From the NCBI GenBank assembly GCA_015680685.1, contig MNCI01003125.1, forward strand, positions 100,923 to 164,922: a DNA stretch of 64,000 bases. The letters are read 5' to 3'. A program made the translations under genes and the position numbers. The notes under the pieces are model-generated. The model was not told the DNA's origin. It saw nothing but the letters and a program-made list of their open reading frames with translations, and made no database searches. This DNA comes from Gnetum montanum. Its lineage: Eukaryota; Plantae; Gnetophyta. Of this stretch, positions 11,901 to 24,280 are shown one piece after another (the first letter of the stretch is position 1; every line of letters begins with the position of its first letter).

Positions 11901-13329
11901 CTTGGTAGGGACCTCTGCCAAGGCTACCACCATCGTTTTGCATCAATAGGAAGGGGGGATGCAATTGGATGTTGGTGAGTTTGGCAATATTTCTACCTTT
12001 TCATAGCCCATTTCAACCATTTTTGATACATTTAGTTATATGATAGGTGCCACTATTGATGCTGCAAGACCCCCTCTAATTCATGTAGAATCATGAGCTG
12101 AGATCCTTGATAAGTTTACATTCATGCAGGGAATCATTGACAACATGATCAATTGCCTTTAGCAGGTGGACCTTGAAGTGGGTAAGTAGTAGTGTTAGGT
12201 GCTCTCACGTTTCTATGCTAGAGTTTTCAAATTTGTTAATCTTCATTACACTAATGCAATTGACATGATCTTTGTGTCTTGGTAGCCTCTTGGCTCAAGT
12301 GGGACATGACATGTCCTTTGAAAGTTGGTGTTGTGTCTACATTCCTGCCTAAAGTGACTAAGGTATCTTGTCACACATACAAAAAGGCTTGCAAATTTGC
12401 TTTGCACTCAACATGCTCCTTGTGGGAGTATAAGTGCATCAACGAGGACCTGTGGAAATGGGTCCAGAAAGCTAAGCAAGAGAAGGTCAACCTAAGTATC
12501 GAGGTGAAGGATCTCAAGTCGAGGAACAAATTCCTCATAGCCCATGAAACTAATAATGAGGACTGGCACATGGCTATGATAGATTACACCAGATTTTGGA
12601 TAGCCGTGCATCAGAACTTCGAAGCCACCCACGAAATAATGGAACAGTGGATGCAAATGGACTTGTTAGCCCAGAAATGTTAGGATTTGAAAGATTTTAG
12701 CACCAAGGTTTATGAATGCGGGAAGTCCCAGAAAATCCATAAAAATATGTATAAACTAGAACATGCCACCTATCGTAAACTATACAGGGACGCTACTGTG
12801 GAGGCGTTTATGTATAAAGCATTCATAAATGCCATTGACATTTTTGAGGCCTATGCCAAATTCAAAGAGTAGGTAAAGGTTATAGAATCTCCTGACTAGA
12901 AAGTGGACCTTCCCATAGGAGAGACCGCAACTGTCTTCTTTTCTCCAGGACCACCAAGGTGGAAGAAAGCTGACAGGGAGAGAGTTGCTGCAGATGCTAA
13001 TCCAAGCAATAGGTGTTGGGTGGACATCACAACAGAAGAGGTCTGGCATCGCCTCGAGCTCAGTTTAGACCAGATACCCTTTGAGATGGGTGCAGGTCAA
13101 TCCCATGTTGGTTGCTTTCTACTATATTAATGCTTATGCTTTGTTGTAGCTTGCATGCATTGCTTTAGCTGACCACTTCATTTCTACAATGCAGGCTCTA
13201 GATGAGGGTGCAAGGTCCATAGAGGGAAGGAATGAAGAGTTGGCAAAGGAAAATGTAGGGGAAGGAAATGCAAAAGGAGGTGATGTAGAAGTGAATGGTG
13301 AAGATGATGTGAATAGAGACAACCTGTGA
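8904..13329 (+). pseudogene. Antisense multi-exon accessory gene of A: FCP1/NIF-like pseudophosphatase + plant-transposon-type domain + acidic linker + coiled coil
   Basis: Start MMAPKK; exon ~9552-10001 reads RPILIILEIVGVLC..VWFRKGA*EFLQYLLQHFNVIVWS..LRHLAWI*D..YNILFV..FQNPPRTVYFVG; GT-AG intron 10002-10083 with cactaac branch site; further introns at ~10327-10424, ~11480-11621, ~12182-12285 and ~13108-13168; ends ..NRDNL*. Confidence 0.8.
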
Positions 13330-13505
13330 TAGCATGGGATTTTTTTTTTGAAATTTTGAGTTTTTGTAAAATTTTTGCAAACATCGCTTGAAAGGCATTA
13401 GTTTTGAATAAAGAAAAGAGAATTTCGGGAAAAGAAATTGATTTTGCGCTAACTCATGCATTGTGTATGTGTTATGTTTTATGTAAAATTTTCATGCTTT
13501 TGTGT

Positions 13506-13640
13506 GCTAGTTTCAGGCCATTTTGGGCCACTGCTAGTTTTAGGCCATTTCGGGCCTTTGCTAGTTTTAGGCCATTTTGGACCTCTACTAGGTTTAGGCC
13601 ATTTTGGGTCTCTGGTAGTTTTAGGCCATTTCAAGCCTCT
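13506..13640. repeat. 27-bp tandem array (5 units, gctagttttaggccatttcgggccwyt)
   Basis: Directly visible; homologous arrays in B and C. Confidence 0.95.
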
Positions 13641-13803
13641 ACGTAGCGTGCCAAAGAGATGATACGTTAACAGCTTGAATAACAACTAATTGGTAACTTT
13701 CGTAGACAGATGGATGCAAACAATGAAAGATGGTAATGTAAAAAGGATGGAGACTAGGCAGGAAGCAGCGAGGTTGCTACACTATGCATAGCTACTTCTT
13801 GAC

Positions 13804-16800
13804 CCATCATGGGTTGAGTGGAATGTAAGGCTGAGGTGCTTTGCCAGGGCCTTCATTTGCATCATTATCCTCCACTTGGAAGGGTAACTCAACCCACACA
13901 CTTTCATTTTGGTAACCAGCTTGTTGAGTTGATTCCCCTGCTAGATGGTTAGTGTCTGCGTAAGTAGGTGCTTCATTCTCAAAGGTCACAACCTCTGAGC
14001 CCTACTCCATGTCTATGTTATTGATTGCTTGTGCTGCTACCTCGTCACCATGGATCACCACCTCCCTGCTTGCGTATGGTAGGTGGATTTCCTAGTGAAT
14101 GGGCAAAGAGATAGCCCTAAGTTATGCTAACCATGATCTCCCCAAGATCAGGTTAAACCCAGGCATCTCCTCGACCATGATGAACATCATGTTTGTGGGA
14201 AACTGATCCCCTTCTATGAAGTCTATGTGGATTGTGCCTTTCATCATGACCCGCGTCCCATTGAACGACCTCAGGCATGACATTGCTGTGGATTTGATCT
14301 AGTTGACCAAGCCCAACATATCCACAATAGGAAAGGGGATGATGTTCGTGGTAGCCCCATCATGAATGTGTACCCTTCGAATCTGATGTTGGCTGACCCA
14401 AATTGTTATGAACAGGGGTGCTGTAGTCACCTAGCCCCTTTCGGGATCTTCCTTGATAGCGTCATTGTAGAAAGTTAGTTGAGACTATTCTGGCTCTACA
14501 AGTTTGGAGGGGAGCATGACCGAGTGGATCGCTTCCTCTTCTACTAGCATGTCTTCGCTGACCGGAATTACTATTAACATGTGGATCAGAGCCTCACAGT
14601 GTGGGATGGATGTCATGATTAGGTCGTACAAGCTCAACATAGTATTTTTCTATTTTAGAGTTTGTTTGACCTAAGTGAGGGCATCTAATAGGTCTTGGCT
14701 ACCCCCTATTTAACACTTTCATCCTCTTCTATTCATCCCATAAGATGAATTTCTCAAGGAGGGAAAATTTTGGGTCTGGGCTCAGACCCTTCTTAGTAGG
14801 GCGATGTGGACTGTATAGTTATAGCGACATCCCTCTTCGGTGATGAGGGCATAGATGTAGGGGGTGAAGATGTAGGCTTGGAAATACCAGGGGTGGTACT
14901 TCCTCTTGATGTTTCACCTGTGAAATGCACTTCCCATTTTTTAGGAAGAGAAGGTTGTTCAACTGTCTTGCATGGGATGGAGGCTATCGGATGAGTTGGC
15001 CCCCTAATGATAAATGGAGCTAACGGTGTTAACAAGCGGGGTGGCATGGTTCTGCTAATAGGTGGTGTAGGGATGGATGCTTGGGGAGGAACCCCTAGAA
15101 CAAATGATTGTTGCAAACTTCGGCCAGCCACTAGTGGTGCAAGTGCACTATGCTGAGGCACATTGACCATGAACAGTTGCTGGGATGGTGTAGGATCACT
15201 GTTAACATCAATGGTATTGATAACATAACTGGCATTGTTGGTGTTGAGGGGGTCTATGTAGAGATGCAGAGATTGATTCTCAGGGCGTACTAGGTTGCTT
15301 TCGTCCAACATCAGTTTCCCCTAATCAATCATCCTTTGGATGTCATCCTTCAATGCCAGACAGTAATCCAGGTTGTGACCACATTGTTGGTGGTAGTTAC
15401 AAAACCTATCTAGCCTGAAACCTGTAGGAACTGGGGGCTCATTGGGTAGGGCCAAAGAGGGGTTCCTAAGGAGCTTGTAGTAGCGTTGATGTCTCTCGAT
15501 CCCTTGTTTCGACATCTGCTTATGTTGGATGTGCCCCGCTTCCAATAGTTGCTTTAGAAGTTTTGAAGGCTTGAGAGGTAGTGGGGTGTACTTTGAGTGA
15601 TCTTTCCGCTCAAAGTTTGGTTTTAGTTGTGCGGATGTCTCAGGTGTGGGTATGAAAGGTTGCTGCACATTGCTGTGCTTGGGTGTGGGATTGGCTATGG
15701 GTACGACCAGTTTCTTGTTGTTATTGTTACCATTGTTACTAGGTTTGGGCTTGGCCTTAGTCACCATAGCAACCACTATGGTTGTTGGGACCTTACCCTT
15801 ATCCTCCTTTGCAAAGCTGTTTTTGTAGGCGACATAGGCTAGGTATTTTCTTTTCTTGGTTGCATCCTATATACTCAGTCTGAGTGAAGGCTTGACTAAG
15901 AGTGCGAGGGGTGAGGTAGTATAGTTTAGACTTGATAAAGTCATTCACTACATCCTTAAAGATGGCCAACAAGTGGACCTCTGTGATGGGCTCACGGATT
16001 TCATTAAGGGTTGCACTCCAACGCTGGATGAACTTCTGGACTGGTTCCAAAGGATCCTGCTTCACACTCATCAACTGATCCAGTGTAGTTTTTGCCTTCA
16101 AGTTATACTTGAAGCACATCACGAACTCGGTCAAAAGCTTCTCTAGAGTTGAAATAGATGAGTGTGGCAGCATGCGGTACCAATCTAAGGCTTTCTCAGC
16201 TAGGGACATAGCAAAGACATGGATAATCATGTGTGGCCATTGTTGCAATAGGAGGGATTCAGACCTAAAGATAACAAGATGTGCATTGGGATCTCCCTCC
16301 CCATTGTACTTTGCCAAGTGAGGAAGGGACATCCCTGGGGGTAACGTGAGCACAGGGATTGCAGGGCTGATAGGGTTGTCCTGGTAAAAGTCCATGACTT
16401 GTACCATGTCAGACCTGACAACCTTGAGGCATTTTATTTCCTTGATAAGGATTTGGATAAGCTGGAACACTTGGTCCAAACCTTGCGATAATGTGGATGG
16501 TTGGGGAACTATCGAGGTAGCTCCCATCTGTGGAATGGTAGGGGTGGGAACATGACCCATTGGTGGTACCATTGGGATAGCCCCCGCAAACGGTGCTACT
16601 TGTGCTATCCACCACTTGGTAGGTGGTGCTGTTGGAGTAGCAACCGTAGCTTGGGCTTCTTGATAAATCGCTTGTGTCACCCGTGGAACAGACCATAGCC
16701 CCATGTTCGGTTGTACTGTTTGTGCGGTTTGGTAGGTATGAGGGCGAACATAATGAGACATTTGTGATGGTTGTGGAATAGGTGAAGAAGTGAACGGGGT

Positions 16801-17595
16801 CTACCATGTGGATGGGCTCAGGCCCACCATAGTTGGTGAGATGGATGTAAATGTAGGAATGGAAACGGAAGTTGCATACGACTGTGAAGTAGGTACGGTA
16901 TGAACATGTGGGAGGGTAGCCATGATTGGTGTGTGATGTGCTACAAGAATGGGCTATTAAATGGTTTTCAGAGGCATAGTTGTTGCAAATGAAATAGGGG
17001 AATAAGGACATTGATATGTTGGGAAGGTGACATGGCTACCCATTGCAGTTATAGTCATAGGCTGTGGGAACATAGGCGTGATCACAAAGGGAGTGGTGAC
17101 AGACAACGGATTGGCCCAGAAGGACTAGGTAGGAGGGATCGTAACGGGGTTGGCCTGACCTTCCCCTTCAAATTGAGAATAAAGCTCCTCTTATCCATCT
17201 TATAAGGTCTTTTCATGGTTAGACATTGTGTCCTACTACTCTCTAAGCCTAGCCAACTAGATTAGCTGGTCTAGAAGCCATTGATTCATCTATGTCAAAG
17301 GTATGGAAGCGCCAGGAGTGGGAGAAAACTCCTTCCCATCATAGTAAGAAAACTCGAAGCTATGTTTTTCTTTGAATTCGTGCACATGCAATGGAAAGTT
17401 TTCCTAAACCTTTGCACAGAGGAAGTTATAGTGCTCATGTTGCTGGGCCAAGCCCTCAGGTCCCCGATTGTGGTTCCTAAGGGATCAACATGTTTTCAAT
17501 GTCGGGTTGAGCGGTTGTTCAGCACCTATGATACCTTGAACCATGATGGGAACTTCAATGTTGAAGGTGTTAGCAGCGATAGTTGCGGAAGTCAT
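13804..17595 (-). pseudogene. gag: gag-protease of A
   Basis: KYNGEGDPNAHL..F, SLAEKALDWY..LP..SIST (retrotransposon gag); Tat/Ogre-type knuckle C-x2-H-x4-H-x4-C (CNYHQQCGHNLDYC); protease RV.(V/I)(D/H)DGA..N and FNLILGRSWL at ~14130-14390; Pro/Thr-rich N-terminal part. Confidence 0.92.
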
Positions 17596-17989
17596 TGTTA
17601 TTAAGCTAGATAGTTTTGCAAACATGAAAAGCAAGGAAATCAGAGAACAAAAAAAAGGGTTTTATGTCTTGCTAGCTTCCAGGGAAATCGTCAGGGCAAC
17701 TGATCTATACCACACAATGCGTAAACAACTACAAAAGGGTGTCACATTTACGCTAATGTGCGATAGGGTACAAAATGCATGCAAGACTACCGTAAAGTAA
17801 AAAAGTAAACAAGTCAATTGGCGATTGGAGGCTTTATGTCCTGCAGGGTTCTTGAGGAACCGTCGGAGTGACCGATCTACACCTTACGATGCATAAACAA
17901 CCAAAAATGGGTGTTAAGTTTACGCCAATGTGTATTAGGGTGCAGAACACTTACAAGACTATCAAGAAACATGGAAAGGATACTAAAAT

Positions 17990-18006
17990 CCCTTCTTCTA
18001 GTGCCA
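17990..18006 (-). other. Primer binding site of A (TGGCACTAGAAGAAGGG); tRNA not assigned
   Basis: TGG-initiated, 6 nt inside the 5' LTR end; B has TGGCACTAGAAGGAGGG at 33345-33361. Confidence 0.8.
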
Positions 18007-18012
18007 GAAAAC

Positions 18013-18344
18013 TATAGCAACCAAAAACGTCGGTGGCTAGAAAACACTAAGAGGTTGCCAGTCATTGACAGCCTTAAACCCATATCTGTGCGAGGGCCAT
18101 GCTTGATGAAAATGGAAATGGGGTGCCTTGAACAGTTTGGTCGATCAAACAGGGACTTAGTCAGTGTTAATATAACCTTTCATAAATAGATAATTTGAAA
18201 ATGATACCTCTAGCATAAAATGATAACTTTAAATGCAAGAGGGATAGAAAACAATGTAAAAATGCAATGATAAGAAAGAAAGAAAAGTAAAGTGCAGTTA
18301 GAAAAATGCACCACTTTATGATTATGACTTCACTCTGTCAAAGG
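18013..18344 (-). repeat. 5' LTR of A, part 1 (interrupted by B)
   Basis: Matches 1186-~1517; adjacent to the PBS. Confidence 0.93.
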
Positions 18345-20271
18345 TGTAGCGATCGAAAACATTGGTGGCTGGAAAACACTGAGGGGTTGATGGGCACGAC
18401 AGTCTCAACCCTGTATCTGCGCGAGGGCCATGCTGGGTGTGGGTAGATACGGGGCGCCCTGAATGGTTTGGTTAATCAGACAGGGACTTAATCAGCATCT
18501 ATATAGCCTTTTGCAACATATGGTTTTGAAAATGGGGAAGAAAACGTGAAATAATGCTTGAGAGTAAATAATGTAGAAAAAATAGTGCAAAACACAACAA
18601 TAAGCAAGAAACAAGTTAAAATATAGTTAGAAAAATGCATTGCTCTGAAGTTACAAATTTGCTCTTTCAAGGTGGATACAGTCAGTTGCATAGCGTGGAG
18701 GAGTGCAGAGATCCTAAGAGTAAACAAGATGTGTAGAGAAAAATAGGTTGTATGCTTGGGCGCAGCCTTGGGCGCTGACAATGCAGGGATTCTACCAAGG
18801 TGGTAGAAAGGGAGACAGAACAAAATACCAACTAAAGATGCTAATTGTTTGCAGTGTCAAATTGAAAGCTTACAATGCTCAGTGCTCAATGTTATGATTC
18901 TTGCTTTTTTTATTGAACCTCTAGAGATAGTGAAAAACACAACAATAAGTAAGAAACAAGTTAAAATATAGTTAGAAAAATGCATTGCTCTGAAGTTACA
19001 AATTTGCTCTTTCAAGGTGGATACAGTCAGTTGCATAGTGTGGAGGAGTGCAGAGATCCTAAGAGTAAACAAGATGTGTAGAGAAAAATAGGTTGTATGC
19101 TTGGGCGTAGCCTTGGGCGCTGACAATGCAGGGATTCTACCAAGGTGGTAGAAAGGGAGACAGAACAAAATGCCAACTAAAGATGCTAATTGTTTGCAAT
19201 GTCAAATTGAAAGCTTACAATGCTCAGTGCTCAATGTTATGATTCTTGCTTTTTTTATTGAACCTCTAGAGATAGTCCAACCCTTTGAGCACTGCTCATC
19301 AGGGTATTTATAGGGTTGAAGGGCACCTAAAAGGGATGGTTTGGATGCCACATGCCCTAGGCCCATGTTAGGTTGCTAGCGCCACACGTGCCATGTATGA
19401 CCATTGGACCTATAAGACCATTGTAATGCAATCTTGTTATGTCATAACTATGAGCCTGCCACATCGTAATTACATCGTCAGCATCTGGAGACATGTGCCA
19501 ACGGTCCAATGAGGTTAAGTGCATTGATGTTGCACAACCACCCACATGCCTTGCTGTGCTTTATAGTGTAGCATTCTTAGCGTAGTGTAGCACCTTGTCA
19601 CATGTTCCACTACATGTGTGTTGCATACTTGCTACATTATGCTATGCTACGTAGTGTAGCAACTGGCCTTAGTTGTGAAAGCTTTGCCAATTTACAAAAT
19701 TTGCTTCCTATGATGCAAGACTTTGCAAACTTTGAGCTACATTTTGTCTCTTTCGTAGGATTGCTACGCCTCACTGTGCCATGTAGCTCAGTGTAGCGTA
19801 GCAGCAGACATGGTCTGCTACTTCTTGACCGAAAGGAACATTGTTAAAGGACTTGAAATTGGGTGAGGGGAATGGTTATAAAGTTGTTGCCATGCTATGC
19901 TATGTCACGTATCATAGCGTAGCATAGCACTTCATTCTACAATCATATTCTTAAGCTTGCTATGCTACATAGCGAGGCATAGTGTAGCGTAGTAGACTTC
20001 GTGACTTAGAAAACTTGCCAAACTATTTCATGCATTTGGAATGCTGATACCAACTCCGTGCATCATTGCTAAACAAGCTGTCGGCTGGGTAGGCTACTTA
20101 GGTGGACAGGCAGGATGACCTATAGAGCTTGTTTACACGTAAAGTAGAAAATTTTCTGAATTGACCAGCTTGAATTCAGAGCATTCTCCTCCAGAAGAAC
20201 TACTGTAGTGTTTGCGTGAATTGTAATGCCTGGTGAAGCAAGAATGACTTCATAATTTTTTGGGTGTTTCA
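18345..20271 (-). repeat. 3' LTR of B
   Basis: tgtagcgatc...tgtttca followed by the PPT; homologous to 33368-34931. Confidence 0.95.
18582..19276. repeat. 345-bp tandem duplication inside the 3' LTR of B
   Basis: Units 18582-18926 and 18927-19271 are nearly identical; ATAGT occurs at all three borders; absent from the 5' LTR. Confidence 0.95.
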
Positions 20272-21466
20272 TTGGCCCCTCTTTGTCGACGTTTGGAGGA
20301 CAGGCTCGATAGACATTGACAAAGAATACAAAACACCGTAGCAGGAAAAAAGCTAAGGTTGTCGCTCGGTGAGTGTCAAGACATCACTTGGCCACACTTG
20401 AGAGTGTTGGATTGGTTTTGCAGAGGTTAAGGTAGAGAGAAAATATGATGTTTAGTAGAGTCCCTTGTTGGAGTGCTCATGAGGGACTCCTTCACATTTT
20501 CATCTTTGGCTGGTGCTGTTCTTCAACCTCTCATAGGACCGGTGTTTCCTTCGCAAGATGAGTTGCATTACATTTTTGAAGATTTTTGACCTACCTACAA
20601 ATGCTTTCCATTCAACGAGTTGTGTTACGCATGTCATGGAATTTGCACTCTGAAGTAGCTGAGCTAGTTGAGGCACTCACTTTATGACACTGTAGCATTT
20701 GATGTTGTTGCGAGCCATGCCCGCAGGGGCAAAGGTCTTGTTGGCTGCTAGCATTGTTAAAGTTTTTGGGCATCGTTGCTAGCATGTGATGTCCAAAGTA
20801 GGAAGGCCAGTAGCAACCTTGGTGGCACCAGCATAGAGGAGCTAGCCTCGAAGGTCCCGGGGGTTGTTTTGAGTGTGGATGCAATAGAATCCCTGCCAAG
20901 GAAATGCATTCTCAGTTTAGCTATGGGATTAGCTACCACATAGTTAAAAATCTTGGAAGCTGAGGTGTTGGTAGGGGGCTGGAGAGTAATAATATTGTGG
21001 TTGGGCCATAATACTGCTGGAACTCCAACTGTGGGAACTAGCCAAGGATCTACCATCAAGGCGATGGGCCGTGGTGATGGTAGGTCTGGAGGGCTAGTAT
21101 AATGCCATACGACATCTCCAGAGGGTCAACATGTTACCAATGGTGATGGCATTGCGTGTGTCCCGGACCGCATTCTCATTGCGTCGTGAACTGCATTCCA
21201 GAGCTGTGATGTCCCACCCACACGTCAGCATTGTGCATGCTCGTCTGATGCATAATTGGCATAGATGCATGCTAGGGATGTGATGTGAACCCAGTTTAAG
21301 GTCTTGGTAGACCGTATGCTAGTTTAATGTCCCAATAGACTGTACATGCCAGTTTATCATCGTAGCGAATGGGTTGTGCCAGTTTTAGTTTAACGTCATT
21401 GTGGACGTTGCTTAGTGGAGTTGCCAGGTTATCTTCGTAGCAGATGGTGGTGGCTACCGTTGGGCC

Positions 21467-24280
21467 TCAGACGTAGTATGGCTTGAGGTATGAGTGATTC
21501 ACCAGGTTTGTGAACTTGTTGTCATTCATGCCCACCAGCTTGAAGGCTCCATTCCCAAAGGCTTTAGTGACTATGTAAGGACCTTCCCAATTGGCTGAGA
21601 ATTTTTTCATGTGCTCACGGACGATCTTGAGGATGAGGTCTCCCTTCTACACTGACCGTTGATGTGGGTCTGCATAGTGCTTCTACTGCTACTTACTCTA
21701 GTAGTGCTCGATGCATCTTAGCATCTGCGTGTGCTCCTCCTCTATCAAGTTGAGGTCAATGATCCACAACTCGTTGTTTTGGGCTTTGCTCATGATCTTG
21801 AATAGGATCATTCAAAGTGATGGTACCTGAAACTCAAGAGGCAACACAACTTCAGATCCATAAACAAGACTATAAGGGGTCTTACTTATCGTGGTCCTGC
21901 ACATCATCCGATAGGCCCATAGAATGTAGAGGATTTTCTCATGCCACCACCTCTTGCTGTTGTTAAGAATCCACTTCAGCAAGTTGATGATGGACTTATT
22001 TGTAGCTTTCACTTGCCTGTTCGCTTGTAGATAATAGGGGGAGGAAAATGATTGTTTAATGCCTAGATTGTTGCAGAAGGTTCGAGTTTCCGTACTACTG
22101 AACTATGACCCATTGTTGGTCACAATAGTCATTGGAAGCCTGAATCTGGTTACAATGTTGTCCAGGATGAAATGGAAGATTTGCTGAGACGTTGTCTTCC
22201 TTATGGGAATGACTTCCATCCACTTAGTAAAGTACTCAGTGGTAGTGATAATGAAACTATGCCCTACGGAGGACTTAGGCGTGATAGGCCCTATGAGGTC
22301 TAATCCCCATCGTTGGAAGGGCCATGTGATTTGTGTTGGGTGTAGGTCTGTAGGTACTGTGTGTATGAGATTTGTATATCTCTGGCACGTGTTGCACATC
22401 TTGAATTTTGACAGGCAGTCACGTTCTATGTGGGGCTAGTAGTACCCTAGGCATCTAAGTTTTGTAGCCATAGATCTGGATGCTATGTGTCCACTGCACA
22501 GCCCCTCATGCACTTCATTAACTACCTTCTACACTTGCTCCCCACCCACGCATGCCAACAATATCCCGTCATAGGAATGTCGGCACAAGGCATCATTTCC
22601 CATGAGCACGTATTGTTAGGCACACCTATGGATTCCATCTCTCTGGGCGGATGTCAATCCACCTGGGGGCTCTCCATGTTGTAGATAGATTTTAATGCTA
22701 GCATACCACTCCTGGGTATCTATAGCATTAATAGAGGGCATGTGTTCCACCTGAGTGATAAGCTCTACACATTTTATAATCAAGGTTGGTAGATTTTCCA
22801 AGGAATGTGATGGAATGTTTAACACATTTGTCATGGTATTCATGTTGCATGGCACCTATGGTACATCTGTGGTTGCGAACTGCTTAAGGAGGATTTTTGC
22901 TAGGTCATAGTAGGGTTGCAAGTGCATAGCCTTGTAGGCATGGATTTCAGTGATTTGATTCACAACTAGTTGTGAATCTCCCTGGATTACCAAGTGTTGT
23001 ATGTGTAGTGCTCAAGTAGTTAAGAGGCCTCTAAGTAGCCCCTCGTATTCTACCATGTTGTTGATGCAGGGGAACACAAAATGATAAGTGGATGGATGTA
23101 TTTCCCCAGAAGGGAATGTGATGACGGTAGTGGCGCTACCTCCTTTTGCGGTTGAGGCACCGTCAAAGTGTAAAGTGACTTCAAGATGCGATGGGACAAT
23201 GTCAATATTGCTAATGTGCTCGTCTAGGAATTTTGGGTCTATGATTGCCCAATCATCAACTGGTGAGGCTATGAGTTGGGTTGCTATGGCTTCACCCTTT
23301 GTCGATGATTGACTTACATAGTGTAAATCGAACTTCATGATTATTACCTTCCATCAGGCTATCTTGCTACTTTTGTATAGGTTGTTAGTGATAGCCCAGA
23401 GTATATTGCTCTTGCAAATGACATTGGTAGTGTTGCAGAATAGGTAATGCAGCCACTTTTTTAGTGTGAATACTAAGGCAAGGAAATTCCTCTCCACTTC
23501 ATTGTATTTTGCTTCATGTGTTATTAGTGCATGGCTCAGATAATACACTAGCATCTCAGAACCATCGTCTCACTTTTGACATAGCAGTGCCACTACAGAT
23601 GTGTTGGAGGTGGCGAGGTAGATAAAGAAGGGTTTATCCCTTTGTGGCGGATGCACAGTCGTGAGGTGCGAGAGTTCCTTCTTCAGGTCATCGAAGGCTT
23701 GTTGACACTAGGTTGTCCACTCCAAGTTAACCCCTTTCTTTAAATGATGTTGCATGGGATGTAACTTGTCAGTCAACCTTTCTATGAACCTTCAAATGAA
23801 TTGTATTCTACCTTGCAAACCACGTAACTCCTTAAGGTTTATGGGGGGTTCCAGGTTGATGATGGTCCTGACTTTGTCAAGGTCCACCCTTATTCTGGCC
23901 TTTGATACTATGAACCCTAACATGTGTCCAGTTTTCACCCCAAAGATGCACTTCTTAGGATTGAGGCATAAGTCATGCGTTTGGTAGCATTTGAGGACTA
24001 CCCCTAGATTGTGTGGGTGATCAGCTACCTCCTTGGACTTGACTGCTATGTCATCCACGTCGTCGTTTAATGTTTCTAGGATATAGTCACTAAAAATGTA
24101 AGTCATGGCTCACTGGTAAGTTGCTCCAGCATTCTTGAGCCTAAAGGGCATCATGATGTAGCAGAAGGTCCCACATGGGGTCATGAAGGTTGTTGATAGC
24201 TGGTGCTCTGGATTAATGTAGATTTTGTTGTATTCAGAGAAACCATCCATGAAGGATAGCAGAGCATGTTCGATCATGGT
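21467..24280 (-). pseudogene. pol: pol of B (N-terminal part of RT deleted)
   Basis: LSFMDGFS, VDDIAVKS, LHFDGAS (aRH), WPFQRWGLDLIGP (INT); homology to the RT of A stops abruptly at ~24280. Confidence 0.93.

Larger units (their letters stand above)
8134..13803 (-). other. Putative large phase-0 intron separating gag-PR from RT in A
   Basis: Donor-like TGG|GTCAAG at the end of the PR frame; acceptor cttaac...ctttcatctcattttgatag|GTT GAG opening the pol frame; both sites conserved in C, donor CAG|GTCAAG in B. Confidence 0.6.

Noticed and set aside
8904-13329. Cargo gene as an independent host gene or DNA transposon inserted once
   Set aside because: Same position and orientation in several diverged elements, no TIR or TSD seen, and it diverges in step with pol
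13404-13685. Repetitive ORFs over the arrays (also 4394-4666, 28507-28844)
   Set aside because: Open only because the units are multiples of 3; no independent coding evidence
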